From: Amoebidium appalachense
Taxonomy: Eukaryota > Protista > Ichthyosporea
DNA: 64,000 bases
Direction: 5' to 3'
Assembly: GCA_963693365.1 (NCBI GenBank)
Contig: CAVNZM010000012.1
Span: 1,178,001-1,242,000 of the forward strand
In this document: piece by piece, positions 20,204 through 53,757 of the stretch
How positions within the stretch are numbered: the stretch's first letter is position 1
Layout of the letters: each line of letters begins with the position of its first letter
The notes under the pieces: generated by a model
Told to the model about the DNA's origin: nothing
Databases searched by the model: none
The model's input: the letters and a program-made list of their open reading frames with translations, nothing else
Program-made: the position numbers and the translations under genes

Positions 20204-21817
20204 TTTACTTGTCCTTGTGTATGTTTGGCCTCGAAGCCTCGGAGTTTTAGTGACCTGGGAGAAAGTGGGAGAATAGATAGTGTGGGCACTTCGACGGGAC
20301 CTCTTTAAGTTTTGTTTTGCGGCGATCGATCATCCGACAGTCAAGAGCCTATCATGATCTACAGGGTTCTCTAATTGATTTGAAGGTATGGTCGACAAAT
20401 CAACTGCCTGAACTAAACTGCTGTCGCTTTGTTGTTTTAAGTACCAGTTCCTAGTAGAGGATTTAAAATTGTATTATAAAGGGTTTTTCCGCTTTTAAAA
20501 ATAATCATCCCTTCACAAGATATACGAGTTTCTGGGAAAAGTTCTCAAGATTCGTAGGTGTGCCCCGAAATGGCACAAGGTCATGGCACACGTAGGGCTC
20601 CCTTTCGCGTTTGGACTTACACTTTTACTTCGATCTCTTAGCTGTCACGTCAACTTTTTTCCCCGATTCTTCACCCCGTACGCACACCCGGCGCACGTAA
20701 GCACGTAGGCTGCTCACGAGGCTCAGACGCAGACGCCAGCAGCCGAGGATCTAGATCTAGATCTCTTGGGCCAATAGCCCCAGAGTATTGTAGATCTTGT
20801 AGATCCAGACAGCCGGTGCGGGCAGTGGTCTGCACGACGCGTGCGGCACGCATGATAGGCACTTAACTTTTCGCATGCTATGTTTCCGTGCCGTATATAC
20901 ATGAAGTTTTTGCTAGCGTGAATTTCATTTAAAACAAAAATGCATATTTATAATCACTAATACTAATTAAAAAGTATGCATGCATCATGTGCATGCCTGG
21001 TCATATATGCATGGGCCATGATTTATGAATACATACTCTGAGCCCACGCACATATGATCATGTGCGCCGCCGTGGGGTAGGGGCACGCAAATCATGTACA
21101 CGCACGCACAACATACATGTACATGGGACATGACGCCCAGGGCCCACATGATGTGCGTGGGCCCTATTCCACAGCGCACATGGTTTGCGTGCCCCTACTA
21201 CCTGCACGGCGCATTATGTACGTGAAACTGGCCCATTTTCTCATTCAAGGGGCCGTGGAGCACGTCACGAACACCCATGACAAAAGCCTCACGTTCGCTA
21301 TAGATCTTACGTGAACCTGACAGTGATATTTAAGAAAAATGTGGAGCCTTATGTTCGTTTTTACACGAACCCGAAAAGGCTTTCGGATACAGAAAGGACA
21401 GACATGCCTTGAAATCATTGCAAATTTTTAGAGTTTCGGAGGTTACCCACGTGCTGCTGAGGATCTGACTGGTGCCGCTGCTTGGCGTATGCTCTCTATA
21501 GAATCCGTACTGATATATTACGTTTAGTGTATTGAGTAGCCTCCACTGTAGTAGATCTCTTCCTTATTTTTTCCCCTTCCGATCCCCCCCCCCCCCCCCC
21601 TCCTTGCCCAGTGCTATGTCGACTTCAAGCGTTTTGTTTTGTTGTTGTTTGGTTATTGTTGTTGTCCCTTTAATTTCGTTTTACAATTGCAGCTAAATGG
21701 CCGTGTGCCTGTAGTAAATAACAAATAATAGTCATATATGCCCCATCACGTGTGTATGTACCTACAACAATCAGGCCATGTGACCCATGTGACGTTTTCA
21801 AGTTGTTCCCGGATTAA

Positions 21818-22054
21818 GGACAAAGGGTTCATTTTGAAATTTCACTGTGTAATTGATCAAATTTCATATGTAGGATTATCGGCCCCCACTGAGTATCGGG
21901 AGTTAGGGAGTATGGGGGATTACGATCTGCCGTTATGCACATGCATGGTTCATGGCCGCACTCAATTTGATTGGTGGGGATATAACGGACCAATAGTCTG
22001 ATATACCATATATGGTATACGTATATGAGGAAATTTAGTTTGAACCCTTTGTCC
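21818..22054. mobile_element. 237-bp MITE with TTAA target-site duplication (Kolobok-like termini)
   Basis: TTAA|GGACAAAGGGTTCA ... TGAACCCTTTGTCC|TTAA. TTAA with RR...YY termini is the Kolobok pattern; piggyBac ends usually begin with CC. Confidence 0.8.
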
Positions 22055-23155
22055 TTAAGGCCGGAAGGAGCGGCCAATATTGATATTACAAGGGATGATA
22101 GCATGCAAATGGTGAGCATCCTCAGGAACCCCCCCCCCCCCCCCCCCCCCTTCTTCCCCACCTTTCCCCACTTAATTCCTCCTCCTCCACACCTCTGCAG
22201 TGCACACCCTCTCCCGGCCCGCTCCCTTTGCGTTGGGGCCGCAGGGGAAGCTGAACCCATTCTTCAGTTCGACGGGGAAGGGGGGGGAAGGGGGGGTGGG
22301 GGGGGGGGGAGACGAGACCTACTCGTGGGCCCGAGATAATAATAATCCCCCAGTGATAGGAAAGTGGCCTGGCGATTACTTATGCATAAGTATGTGTGTG
22401 AGTGTGCGTGTGCATGTGTGTACACATGTGTATGTGCGCGTGCACCTGTGCTTATGCAAGTGTGCATGTGTATGCTTGTGTCAAAGTGTATTGGCAGTGG
22501 GAGAGGGGGGGGGGGGGGGGGGGGGGGGGGGGATGGCGGGCATACAAAATTGAAAGGGTGAGGGGACCAGCAGGGGCTCGACTTTGAAGTAACGGCCACT
22601 TAAACATCTAGTGCAATATATAACTTTTCAATTTTTATATACTATAACGGTGGCGTAAAAATGGAGTCTACGTCTCCACCTTTTGAATGCCACACACGCA
22701 AACTGTTACACATCATATCATATACACCGGTGTCGCTTTCAAACAAAATACGCAATACAATTTTCGGTTTCTACTTAAATCTCCTTTACTAAGGGGTTGG
22801 GTTCTAAACACAGTACAAGGTAGTGATAATCTTTAAGTTGCACTTATCAACAAATATGCACTCGTGTTGCGCTGCGTTGAAAAAACCCCATTGAGCCAAG
22901 GAAAGCGAACCTGAAAAATTCAAACTAGATGATTTGAGTCAGGGTAAGGAGTGTGTGGTAATGCTTTAGTGGTGACTCCTAGTCAGTCCCGTACCTTTGA
23001 CACAACAGCAACTAATTAACCTGCTGACATACGTGCATAATTTAGTTTTGCATTTACCGTTTTTTTTTTTTTTTTTTGCTTAACTCCGCCGTCTTTGGGT
23101 ATACATACGTCGATACCTGTCGCATACGTATACATACACAATGCCTCGCCAAGCC

Positions 23156-23211
<56 letters not shown>

Positions 23212-23304
23212 CAAAAAAAAACCAAAAAAAAAAAACCAACAACCATAAAATTCACTCCAAAACGTACGACATAGCAATTCGAATCAAGACCTGAATAGAA
23301 AAAA

Positions 23305-23368
<64 letters not shown>

Positions 23369-23467
23369 AAAAGTGCAGGGAAAGAGAGAGATGGTGGTAG
23401 GGAAGAGCAAGAGAGGGAAGAAATAGAGAGAAAGGGACTTGGGGAATATGTACGGGTTGGGGTGACG

Positions 23468-43394
<19,927 letters not shown>

Positions 43395-44498
43395 CTGCAA
43401 CAGAACAGGGAAAACACGATATGTGTTGGTGTGGGTGGGAGTCTGAGCGAAAGGGTGTATTGTTGCAGAGACGAAGGGAGGGTGGGCGGTGTACGGGTGG
43501 GAAAGGGGTAAGGGGTGGAGAGAGGTGGTGATAGTGATTTGAGAAAAGAAAGGGAAGCAAAGTTTTAAGGAAGGTTTTTTTTGTTTTTTTGGTGGGGGGG
43601 GGGGGGGGGGGGGGGGGGAAGAGGGGGGGTTGGGGGGGGGGGGGGGGGGCTTGTTCCAAGAATAATTGGGTCACCTAACTCTCAAATCAGTAAAAATTTT
43701 CACTTAAAAAAGCACCCACTCACTCCCTGTCCCCTTGAGTTCATGGGTACGGGAGCCCAGAAAGTACGCACATACATCATCACGGACAGAAACCCATCAA
43801 ATTCGCACACTTATGATGCTACTCAGGTCAATCACAAAAGCCGGTTCACTACACAACAACACGGATCCACACGCATATCTACCCATACAGACGGACACAA
43901 GCACAGGCACGTGTACCACACACACACACACACACGGCACGTATACATACGTTCGCACACGCTGGGACAAAAGAGTGCACACATTCGCAGCTTACATTGA
44001 TCCCGGGCACAATCCAAAGTGATGGTCAATAGCACACATGAACTTCAAGGAGGGATCCACAGAGAAAAGGGGAAGCAGTGGCTGAGATACGTTGAGATCC
44101 CGCACAAAAGAAACAAAGAATCACGAGTCTACGCGTGTGGACGTGTGGGGCTCCGTGAAGAAGGAGGGAGGGATGGGAAGCAAAGGAAGGGATCCGGGGG
44201 AAATGGCGGAAAGCAAAAAAAAAAAAAAAAAGAAGCTTCATGTTCGATTTCAATGTTTTATCAAAGTTCGGAAGCAAACGATTAGAGACTTTTTTGGGTG
44301 AGTGATTGTAAGGAATGGAGATGCTTTGAAGGTCGAGGAAACCAACGATTCAGAATAATGCTCAACCACGGTATCTCGGATTCACAACCTGGGTTTGTAT
44401 CCGCTAACAGAGCTGGAGGAAAAAGGATGGGAGGGAAGTGATGTGGCTTTGAGGGAAGAAATGGGGCCATGGGGAAAGGGAGATAGGGAAGGTAGGGG

Positions 44499-44530
<32 letters not shown>

Positions 44531-44977
44531 AGGGGGGGGAGAAGGCTGTAGATCTCCAACAAGGTGTCGATAGAGAGGCAAGCAGGGGGAATGTTTAAAG
44601 CCAAAGGACCCACCATTTTGGTAAAACGAGGCTGGACTTGGGTTGGCAGGAATCTTTCGTTAAAAACGACGGCAAGTTGCCTGTCACTCCATTGGCTTTA
44701 CGCCTGCCGGTTAAAAAAAAATTTTTTTTAAAAAAAAAAAAAGTTACGTGATGTATGTTATGAGCTGTCTTTGTGTATCCAGCAGACCCTACGTCTTTTG
44801 TCGAAGCTGCTTCTAAGACGAAGAGCTAGCTATAGTAGGAACCACACAACATTATAGTCTTGTTACACCCCATTGTCTAGAGCTTGCAGAAGAAAACTGC
44901 TGCATTACACCAACTTCATCACGAGAACAAGTACGAGTAATATTCTGGCAGGCTCAGGCTGGCTGGCTGGCTGGCAA

Positions 44978-45037
44978 CCGGAAGTGACACGATTACGTAA
45001 TCATTCAAGATTTAGGTAGTCTGTTCAAGTGACGTCA
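44978..45037. promoter_or_regulatory. Candidate promoter motifs between the divergent HSL and BTB genes
   Basis: CCGGAAGTG (44978-44986), TTACGTAA (44993-45000) and TGACGTCA (45030-45037) cluster in a repeat-free island. Function is inferred only. Confidence 0.35.
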
Positions 45038-45310
45038 TATTTCCAAAGATCACACTGTGCAGAATCACCGTTGGAGTCTACGTTGTTGCATTGAAAAGTG
45101 TTTGTGTAAGCATTGCTTGGAATGGGCAAGGGCAGCCATTCCCCCATCATGTCCCCCATACGTCTCACACACTTACTTTGAGGGAAACACACACATGTAG
45201 TTTCATCCCTTTCTCTCCATTTCCACTTTCCAACAAAGTCTGCACATGTCACGCTTTATGTCACCGCCTTTCTTCTTTACAGCCATCCTGAAGATTTAGG
45301 CATGTCATTT

Positions 45311-45557
45311 TCACAGACGAATTTCGTTTCGTGTGAGACATTTCTGCTAAAGTAGCTAGGAAAACAACGTCACATCTCTTCTAAATAAGCTCACAGACGA
45401 AATTCGTTTCATTTGAAAGACATTTCTGCTAAGGTAGATAGAAAAACAACGTCACATCTCTTTAGATAATACGTTCACAGAAGAAATTTTGTTTCACTTG
45501 CAAGACAATCCTGCTAAGATAGCTGGGAAGACAACGTCGTGTCTCTTTAGATGATAA
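45311..45557. repeat. Tandem repeat, three copies of ~82 bp, directly upstream of the BTB gene
   Basis: TCACAGACGAA.TTCGTTTC...AGACATTTCTGCTAA.GTAG.TAG.AAAACAACGTCACATCTCTT repeated three times. Confidence 0.9.
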
Positions 45558-45612
45558 GGCACCACTCTTTACAGAATCGACACCACATCTCCACACCTCA
45601 ATCACCGCAAAC

Positions 45613-46201
45613 ATGAGTGCCCTCGAGCTTTTTTCCGCCGCCAAGCAGCTTGGAGAGAGTGGGTCGTCATTTCTTGAGCGCACTTTGGCAACGGCACAAG
45701 AGCTCTGCGAAAAAGAGGCCGCCCTAAGCGCAGAGACAGAGGCCCTTAAAAGAGACCGCACAAAGCTGGACGAGGAAAGGTGGGTGGCCAAGCTAAATCT
45801 CACACCCCCCCCTCCCCCCTTCAACCCTCCCCTCCCCCCCTCCCCCCGCCTCCCTCGCCCTTTCCCCTTTATGAACACACACACGCACACACACACACAC
45901 ACACACACAGCACATTCTCACAAGCCCCCCCCTCTTCCCCCTCCTGCCCCCCCCCCCCCCACCCACCCACTCCCCTCCTGTTTCTTCAAAACCATCCATC
46001 CACTGCTTCTCTCATCACGTTGCGTAATTTCCCCCCCACCCCCCCCACCACCACCACCACCACCACAACCACCACCCCTAGTTGTGTCTGTTCCTGCCTC
46101 TTCTTGTGTTTCACTTTGGCAACTCTCATCCACCCGTATACAATGCTATTGCTTACCATTCTATGCGTTCACTTTCCCATAACCAACACTGGTTTTACCC
46201 C

Positions 46202-46246
<45 letters not shown>

Positions 46247-47771
46247 CCTCCCCACTTCGTTTTCAGGTGTTTCTACATATGATAACTGAAGGTCAAAATG
46301 GTGGTATGTATGTGAGTTCTCAACGACTCGCTCTTTTTTGCGGTTTCACAGGGAGCGTTTTGCAGCCGAGCGCGAGTCTGTGCGTCAGCTCAACCAACAA
46401 CTCGCAGACCAGTTTGTTCTCGACGTGGGTGGCCGCCGCTTCCACACCACGCGTCAGACCCTCTGCTCGGTGCCTGGCTCCATGTTGACTGCATGGTTCA
46501 GCGGCCGCCACACCGTCTAAACAAAACCAGATGGCTCTGTATTTATTGACCGGTCACCCATTCTCTTTGAATATGTGCTCGATTTCCTTCGGACGGGCGG
46601 AATCCATTCGCTGCTGCTGGGGGATGAGAATGCGAAAGAACGGCTCCGGGATGAGTTTGCGCTTTTCTGTTTGCCGTGGTCCGGTGCAGAGCCGTCCATC
46701 TTAGATTTGTGCCGTGGTGAACCCCACTGCATGGTGTTGGACACTCAATTAGAGACCGACCCAGCTCGTGATGTTGTGGCAGACGTATACTTGTCCTCAA
46801 AGTTTAACCGGTTATTGACGACAGAATCTCGAGTTGAGGGTCGGGTAACATGTAAGCTTTGGGACACCACTACTGGCCAGGTGCTAAGATATTGGCTGGG
46901 GGAGGATTACGTTTTTGGAAGACTTGAGAAACTATTCATCGACGACCGGGCAGACGTACATTGTAGGTGTTTATGAGAAGGATGATGAGTCCGAGGCTGT
47001 CACCGTGGCCCTCTACAGCCTGATGGTTGGGGTAATGGAGAAGTCGATCCCCGTAAATGCGAACACACGTCCTGAGTCGGTTGCGCTCTGCGCGGTGACA
47101 CGCTGATGACAAAAACAAAGGATGGGAAAGTGACAATATATGCGTATAGCGTTTCAACCGGAAATGTGCTTTGGCAGACGACACCTGATGCCGCAGACGC
47201 CACGGTATTCCCCGATGGTTTTCGTGAGCAGCGTAGTGATGAGGCGTTTGTTGGGGTCACGCTGGGTGCGCGGGACCGATTCTTTGGCGTGTACGACATG
47301 AGCACCGGTACGGAACTGTATCGAAGGAAAAGGAGAAGTGGACAGGAGCTGTGGCTGTCGGGCAAGCGGCTCGGCACGTTGAGTCATAGGATCTATAACC
47401 AAGACGTTGTCGTGTATGAATCGTGCGATGAGAAGGGTGATGTTTTGGTTCCCTCGACCACACTGGTCACACTGAACATGAACCAGAACGGTAGGAGCCT
47501 GAGATTCGATGGGCCTAATGTTTTCTCGGTGGAAACAACAACAGGCCTGAACGTGTACGTGCTGAAGCACCCAACCCCGTGAACTGTTGCTGTTGCAGAG
47601 TGCTTGATGTTGAATGATTTGCGCCCGGTGCCCTTTAATGTTGAGGATTTGGAGCGGTGGGGTCAGACAGAGTTTAGTGGTGCATCTATGGCGGTCCTAG
47701 GGTACGATGGCAAGACAAAGGTTTGGTCTTTGCCGAAAGTCGTTTCAAACAAGCGCAGGCGTATCGATTAA
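45613..47771 (+). pseudogene. Disrupted KCTD-type BTB/POZ gene: coiled coil + BTB + probable beta-propeller-like region
   Basis: Exon 45613-45779, GT-AG intron, exon from 46352 reading FVLDVGGRRFHTTRQTLCSVPGSMLTAWFSGRHTV*TKPDGSVFIDRSPILFEYVLDFLRTG (KCTD BTB signature). In-frame TAA at 46518-46520, frameshifts near 46915 and 47090, in-frame TGA at 47580-47582, natural end KRRRID-TAA at 47771. Confidence 0.85.
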
Positions 47772-48139
47772 TGGGGCAAAGCAATGGTCATGCATGCCAT
47801 CTATGTTCATGATGTGAAATGAGTAAAGTGAGATGTCGTTCTTGTGCTTGCTTGCCCTGGAATTATAACGTTTGCTTGGGGAACAAGAGGTTACTGCTCT
47901 TCGGTGTTTACTAACACATTACTCATTGAGAAGTCATTGGGAACCAAAAACTAAACTGCTGATATCAAAAGTTCCGTTGTTCATTACCATGATCTATACA
48001 GAGGTTGACTGATATATATTAGGTTAGATCATGATCACTTTGGAAATAGGGTCTAAGTATTCCATATTGGGGGGGGGCCATAGCCTCATGTTCTTATATT
48101 TCCCCGTCGGGTGGCGGTGGTGGTTGTGGTGGTTGGGGG

Positions 48140-48142
48140 GAA

Positions 48143-48193
<51 letters not shown>

Positions 48194-48330
48194 CGTAAGT
48201 GTTTTTTTTTGAAATTCGCAGGATTGGTGGGGTCTTTTTCTTAATGTCTGAGCGGTGCGAAGAAGAAAAAATAGCGCTACTACGTAGTGCTAAATTCCTT
48301 ATGATCGTATCAGTCACCAATCTTACTATG

Positions 48331-48407
<77 letters not shown>

Positions 48408-48958
48408 TAGGCGGTGTATGCTTTACTCCCCCCCCCTCCCCCCCTTCCCCTTCCCTTCCCCCCGCCCTCCTGCCCTCCCTTCCCCCCTGGTTAGCTGGTG
48501 TGCTGAGCTTCCCCCCCAGGGCCCCCCTGCCCCTCCCCCCCCCTTCCCCCCTTCTTTCCCTGGCAAAGTCTTGTCCGTGGTGAATGTGTGCTACGCAAAC
48601 TCAAGCTCTGTATGCACTCTACCCCCCCCCCCCCCCCTCCATACACACACACGCACACGCACACACACACAGACACACACACACACAAACGTACGCCAAG
48701 CTAGTACAGTCCCACATGTCCCATTAATGTCGCGCAAACTAATTGAATTTCATCCCCCCCTCCCCCACCCTTTGTCCCTCACCTGGTTAAACTTAAAAGG
48801 CCAACATAAAAAATATGCAAAACGAAACTAAACGAAGCACATACACACTAGCACGCACACACGCTATAGACACACATGTACACACACGCGCACGCAAACA
48901 CACAGGGGGGGGAGGGGTGGTGGTGGTGGTGGTGGTGGTGGACGGTGGTGGTGGTGGT

Positions 48959-49003
<45 letters not shown>

Positions 49004-49640
49004 CGTACGTTTTTTTTGTTTTGTTTTTTAAATACACACGATGGGGCACCTTCTTAATTTCCGGGCGGTGTGAAGAGGAAAAAAATGTGCTACTAATGCT
49101 AGTATTATTATCATATCAGTCACCCCCTACTATTGAACCCCCCCCCCCCCCCCCCCCCAAACACACACACCCTCCCCCCCCCCCCCCCCCCAAAAGGTGG
49201 TTTATTCTCTACTCCCCCCCCCCCCCCCCCCCCCCCCGCCCCTTCCCCTCCTCCCCCGCCCTCCTGCCCTCCCTTTCCCCCTGGCCGGCTGGTGTGTGCC
49301 GAGCTTCCCCCTCCTGCCCCCCCCCCCCTTCTTTCCCTGGCAGAGTCTTGTCCGTCATGAATCTGTACTACGCAAACTCAAGCTTTGTATGCACTCTACC
49401 CCCCCCCCCCCCCCCCCCCCCCCCCAACACACACACACAGACACACACGCACACACACAAACGTACGCCAAGCTAGTACAGTCCCACATATCCTATTAAT
49501 GTCTCGCAAAACCATTCATCCCTCTCCTACCCCCCCCTTTTCCCTCACCCGGTTGAACTTAAAAAGCCAAACATGAAAAATAAGCAAAACGAAACGAAAA
49601 AAGCACATTCACAGGCACGCACACACACAGTCACAGACAC
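48140..49640. repeat. Diverged tandem duplication, period ~810 bp, non-coding
   Basis: Blocks GGGTTACGTA, GCGGTG.GAAGA, TATCAGTCACC, TCTTTCCCTGGCA.AGTCTTGTCCGT, CTACGCAAACTCAAGCT.TGTATGCACTCTACC and AAACGTACGCCAAGCTAGTACAGTCCCACAT occur in the same order at 48190-48850 and 49000-49620. Confidence 0.9.
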
Positions 49641-50103
49641 ACGTGCACACACGCACACGCAAGCACAGACGCACACACACAGTGCACACACCCAGTCAAA
49701 CGGTGTCGCACGCATGCCCGCACACAAAAACACACACCGTGGCACACACACACACACATGTGTACACACACCGAGCCTCGAAACTTCTCGGCAAGATCTT
49801 GCCTCGAGTACTCTAAGCTGCTCATGCGGGATGATAGTGTTTGTGTGTGTCCGCGGGCGCATGCGCTTGTGCGTCCGTGTGTTTGTGGGGGAGGAGCTCG
49901 AGGAGGGGGCCCGGGCGAGGGGGCACAGCATTCGAACTGAAAGTTGAAATTGCAGCACGAAAAATACATACAAAACGACGATCATGGCGGTACCAGTCTG
50001 GTGGCCATGGAACTCGGGAAAAAATGCAAAAAAATGTGGCTGTTGTTGGTCCAGGAAAATAAATAAAAATTATAGTAGTGTTTGATGCATCAATATTGGA
50101 CCG

Positions 50104-50144
<41 letters not shown>

Positions 50145-50633
50145 GGAAGGGGGAGGGAGGGGATGAAGAGCAATTATGGATGGGTGCAGAGAGAAAAGAA
50201 AAAAAAAGAAGAATGGGGGCCCTGGGGGACTGGGGGGCGGAGGGGGGTGGGGGCCCGGGGAAGGGGCCGGGGGGGAAGGGGGGGAGGGGGGGGGGGGGAA
50301 GAGGGGGGATGAACAGCACAATTGCATTTTTAGATCTATTTCGATCAGGGTGCACGTGCTTTTTGCGGGAGGAACCGATTAATAATATTAGTGAGTGTAC
50401 TAACCGGATGCATATGTATCCCGGGCAATCCCCTAACTGCGACCAGGCAGGCATTATCCATAATGAATCTCTAAACTGTAATTGTGTCTAAGGTGCCTAA
50501 TGTTCGCCGTACATGTACAGTTTAACAACTTAAGGGTTAGCAGTATGGTTGGGGGAGAGGGAGCTTGGTTCGAAATGTCCTGGCACTGGTAACTTGCGTA
50601 CTCAACCAAGTAACTGTTGAATGCACTGTGTGC

Positions 50634-50701
<68 letters not shown>

Positions 50702-51984
50702 TGGGGGGGGGGCATATGGCGGGGGGGGGGGGGGGGGGGGTCAGCAGCAGCTAAATAAACTAGCTAACCAAAAATTCTTCCAAAAAAAAAAAATGGATCA
50801 AGCGGGGAGAGATAGGGAAAGGGAGCGCGAAATGGAGTATGCAGCATCACAAAGGTGTTGGGCCAAGTGTACAAAAAAACTTTTGCTGTACTTACACGTA
50901 TGATATATCGCCAGGTGCCAACCAAGAACTTTGGTGAGAAATGCAGAGGTCGGACCAGGTACACCGCATCCAATACTGGTCCTATGGTTGGTGGTTGAGC
51001 TGTGTTGGCTCAAGTATTTGTCGTGTGTGTGCGTGTGTGTGTTAGGTGGGGGGAGGGGGGGGGCTTATGTCCACAAGAAGGCCATCAACAGCACAATGAG
51101 TTGCAATGGAGACACTGTCGACTTTTGTAGTCGTTGTGCAAGTATTATGTAGACTTTCGGGTATCTTTATTCGTTTATCATTTCATTATTATCACACCTA
51201 CAAAAAGAACATCATAAAAGGACGCTAAAACTAGCACCACAATAAAACCTAAGGTCATTTTGGGACCTTCAAGGCCACCGCCATTTATGGCAAAGTATGG
51301 ACCCCGGCATATCGAAGCATATCGATTATGTCAAAACCTTTTTTTTTTTTCGTTTACGGGTAACATTACTTTCTTTCGGATACATTCAACGAAAGTCATT
51401 CATAAGGCATTCATGGCAAGCCATCCTGCTTCTATTCTTTTTCCTCTTTTTTGTTTTGGTCAGGCAAAGCTACAAAGGAGAACGTAAAAGGGAGCCTGCG
51501 ACCACATTAATAACACTAAGAGAGTACCATTGACTTCTTGCTCTCCAACTTAGGTAGGGCAGCAGGAAGGGTGACACTTTCAAGTTATATATATTATATA
51601 TATATGCTAATTAGGATGTGGGTTATGATAAAAGGTGGCAAGTGGCACAGTATATGTTCACAAATATGAGAGAAAAGGGGGGGGGGGGGGAGGATTCAGC
51701 AGAGGTGGGAGGATAGAGGTAGATAACAAAAATGTTTAAAAGGCATGTAAAACCAGGGATTTGTGTATACCACATAAGGTAGCCTAGTGAGACAACCATG
51801 CTGAGCACTCTTAAGACTGGCTTAGTTGAATGGAAGTGTAGAATGAATCAACAACGGGCACGATAATAAACATACAACCCTCTTTCAGATGCCGTGCGGC
51901 GATGCAGTAGTATGTCAGAACCCTGGGTGAAGTAGATGAGTGGAGGTGTAGAACTGGACACGATTCCCGTTTGTTGCAGAGGAT

Positions 51985-53757
51985 TTACATAGCAAGCTCG
52001 GAGGCCAAGTCGTTGAGGGTGAGACCAAAGGGAAGGTCGATGCTCCTGTGCACGGAGTGTGAGTGGACTGGCCAAGGGGCATTCAATTTTTTTTCGTATT
52101 GATAAGCCGGTGGCGCATGTTAGCCGGTGGGACAGGCAGGCAAGAAAAATATTGACACCCCCCCCAACCCTTCCCCTCTTCCCCCCCCCCCCAACACCCC
52201 CAACACACACACAAAAAAGAAGGGACAGGGGGGGAGGTCGGGGGCAGATGTCTGGAATGTGCTATAGAATACTAAGCATATTCATCACAGAGAACACAAA
52301 CACAGACTTGGCAAGGTCGCACCAGAGAGTGTGCAACATAAGTAGGGTGGAGAGGAGTGGAGGGGCCTTTACCTCTCAATGTCCATGACCTCGTTGGGGT
52401 GGCTCTGGTTGAAGTGCTGTTTCAGTCCGCTGGTGTTCTTGTATCTCTTGCAGCACCCGGCCAGGTAGCACTGCATTGGTAGCGAGCGTTAGCACCCGGT
52501 GTTGCACTCATCAACACATCCCCTTCCAACAAGCAAAGTTTTATCACTTTCAACGAACAAAACATGCCTCGGTAGTTCCTTCTAACATAGAAGAAGGCAA
52601 CGGGAGTCAAGACAAATACTTTTCAACAAGCAACGTTTACCACTTCTACGGCGCAAACAAGCATCGATAGATCCTACTAACATAGAATTAGACAACCAGT
52701 CACTACACACCTTGTACGGTTTCTTGAGCAGCACCTCGTTCGTATGACCATGGATAGTATGATACTTGATGCCGTTGGGGTTTTTGTACCGTTTTCCGCA
52801 CCCAGGAATAGGACAGACATAAGGCTTTTCGCTGTCGTCAACCGGCTTAAACGAGCTTCCAGAAACGGATGAGTTGGAGTCCCTCCTCAGAAACATGTCT
52901 CCACAGGGTGGCGGTGTTGGCATCTGTCCCGACATCAAGTCAGCACAACATGCTTAGCAAGGACGACAAAGTATGCATCTCGTTTCTGCTTCCAGGCATG
53001 TGTTTCCTTTATGCTTCGCACACACGGATTCTTTGGCTACAAGAGCATAGTTCCCTTGTAACACACCCCAACCTATCCACGAGACATACCACGCACATTT
53101 CGTTACATCAATTGGCTTGCTAAGCAGCAAACTCACCTCAAACTGGAACAGGCTACCGTGGCTACCAGGCGACTGCGGGCAAGGCGTATCGCTTTCCAGC
53201 ACATACTCGTCAAAGTACTCCTCCGTGTCCGTGCAATCACTGCGCCGTCGCTTGGAGAAGAAAGAGGACAGCTCATCATCGATCTGTTAAATGTGTTAGC
53301 ACAACACCTTGATGGGATGTCCTGTCACTAGTTGTGATGTTGCAGCTGCAAGGCAGAACAGACTACTGTAAGAGGCAGTTGTCGTGTGAGAATAACGAAC
53401 CGGGAAGGGTATGCAATTTGCAGTAGACCAAACTTTTGATACCCGCCACCATTTTCAGAAAGCACCACACTCTCTAGTGTATAGTTTTATAGAGACAACC
53501 ATAAACTGATGAAGAATAGGGCATGGGAATCTTGCCTTGCCCACCTGACTTACGCGCCTCTTCTCCAGCTTGTCGGAGTTGCAGTAGCGGCTGATGCACG
53601 ACAGATGCACTGTTTGGGGTGCATCGTTGGGCTCAGCCTGCGCAACCAGCACGGCAGATGGGACATGGGATTCTTCCACGTGATAAATGAGGTCCTCTAC
53701 CGAGGAAAACTCAAGATTGCACCCGTGGAACAGGCAGTTGGTCCCCTGAAGCATCAT
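51985..53757 (-). CDS. JAZF1: JAZF1/Sfp1-like C2H2 zinc-finger protein, five coding exons
   Basis: Exons 53757-53554, 53283-53137, 52923-52711, 52470-52373, 52045-51985, all phase-consistent. Fingers CLFHGCNLEFSSVEDLIYHVEESH, KPYVCPIPGCGKRYKNPNGIKYHTIHGH and KPYKCYLAGCCKRYKNTSGLKQHFNQSH follow the JAZF1 layout. Confidence 0.88.

Larger units (their letters stand above)
17926..20554 (+). mobile_element. pogo/Fot1-like DNA transposon with an internal deletion
   Basis: TA|CGAATCTTGAGA at 17924-17937 and TCTCAAGATTCG|TA at 20543-20556 (12-bp TIR, TA duplication, shared subterminal AGAAACT) enclose the transposase remnants. Confidence 0.75.

Noticed and set aside
46518-47582. Stop-codon reassignment or readthrough in the BTB gene
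   Set aside because: Two different stops plus two frameshifts occur in one gene, while TAA and TAG end the intact genes here; pseudogenisation is simpler.
45613-47771. Giant-virus-derived BTB gene or endogenous viral element
   Set aside because: It has a host-type intron, and no viral hallmark genes or gene-dense intronless block occur in the window.
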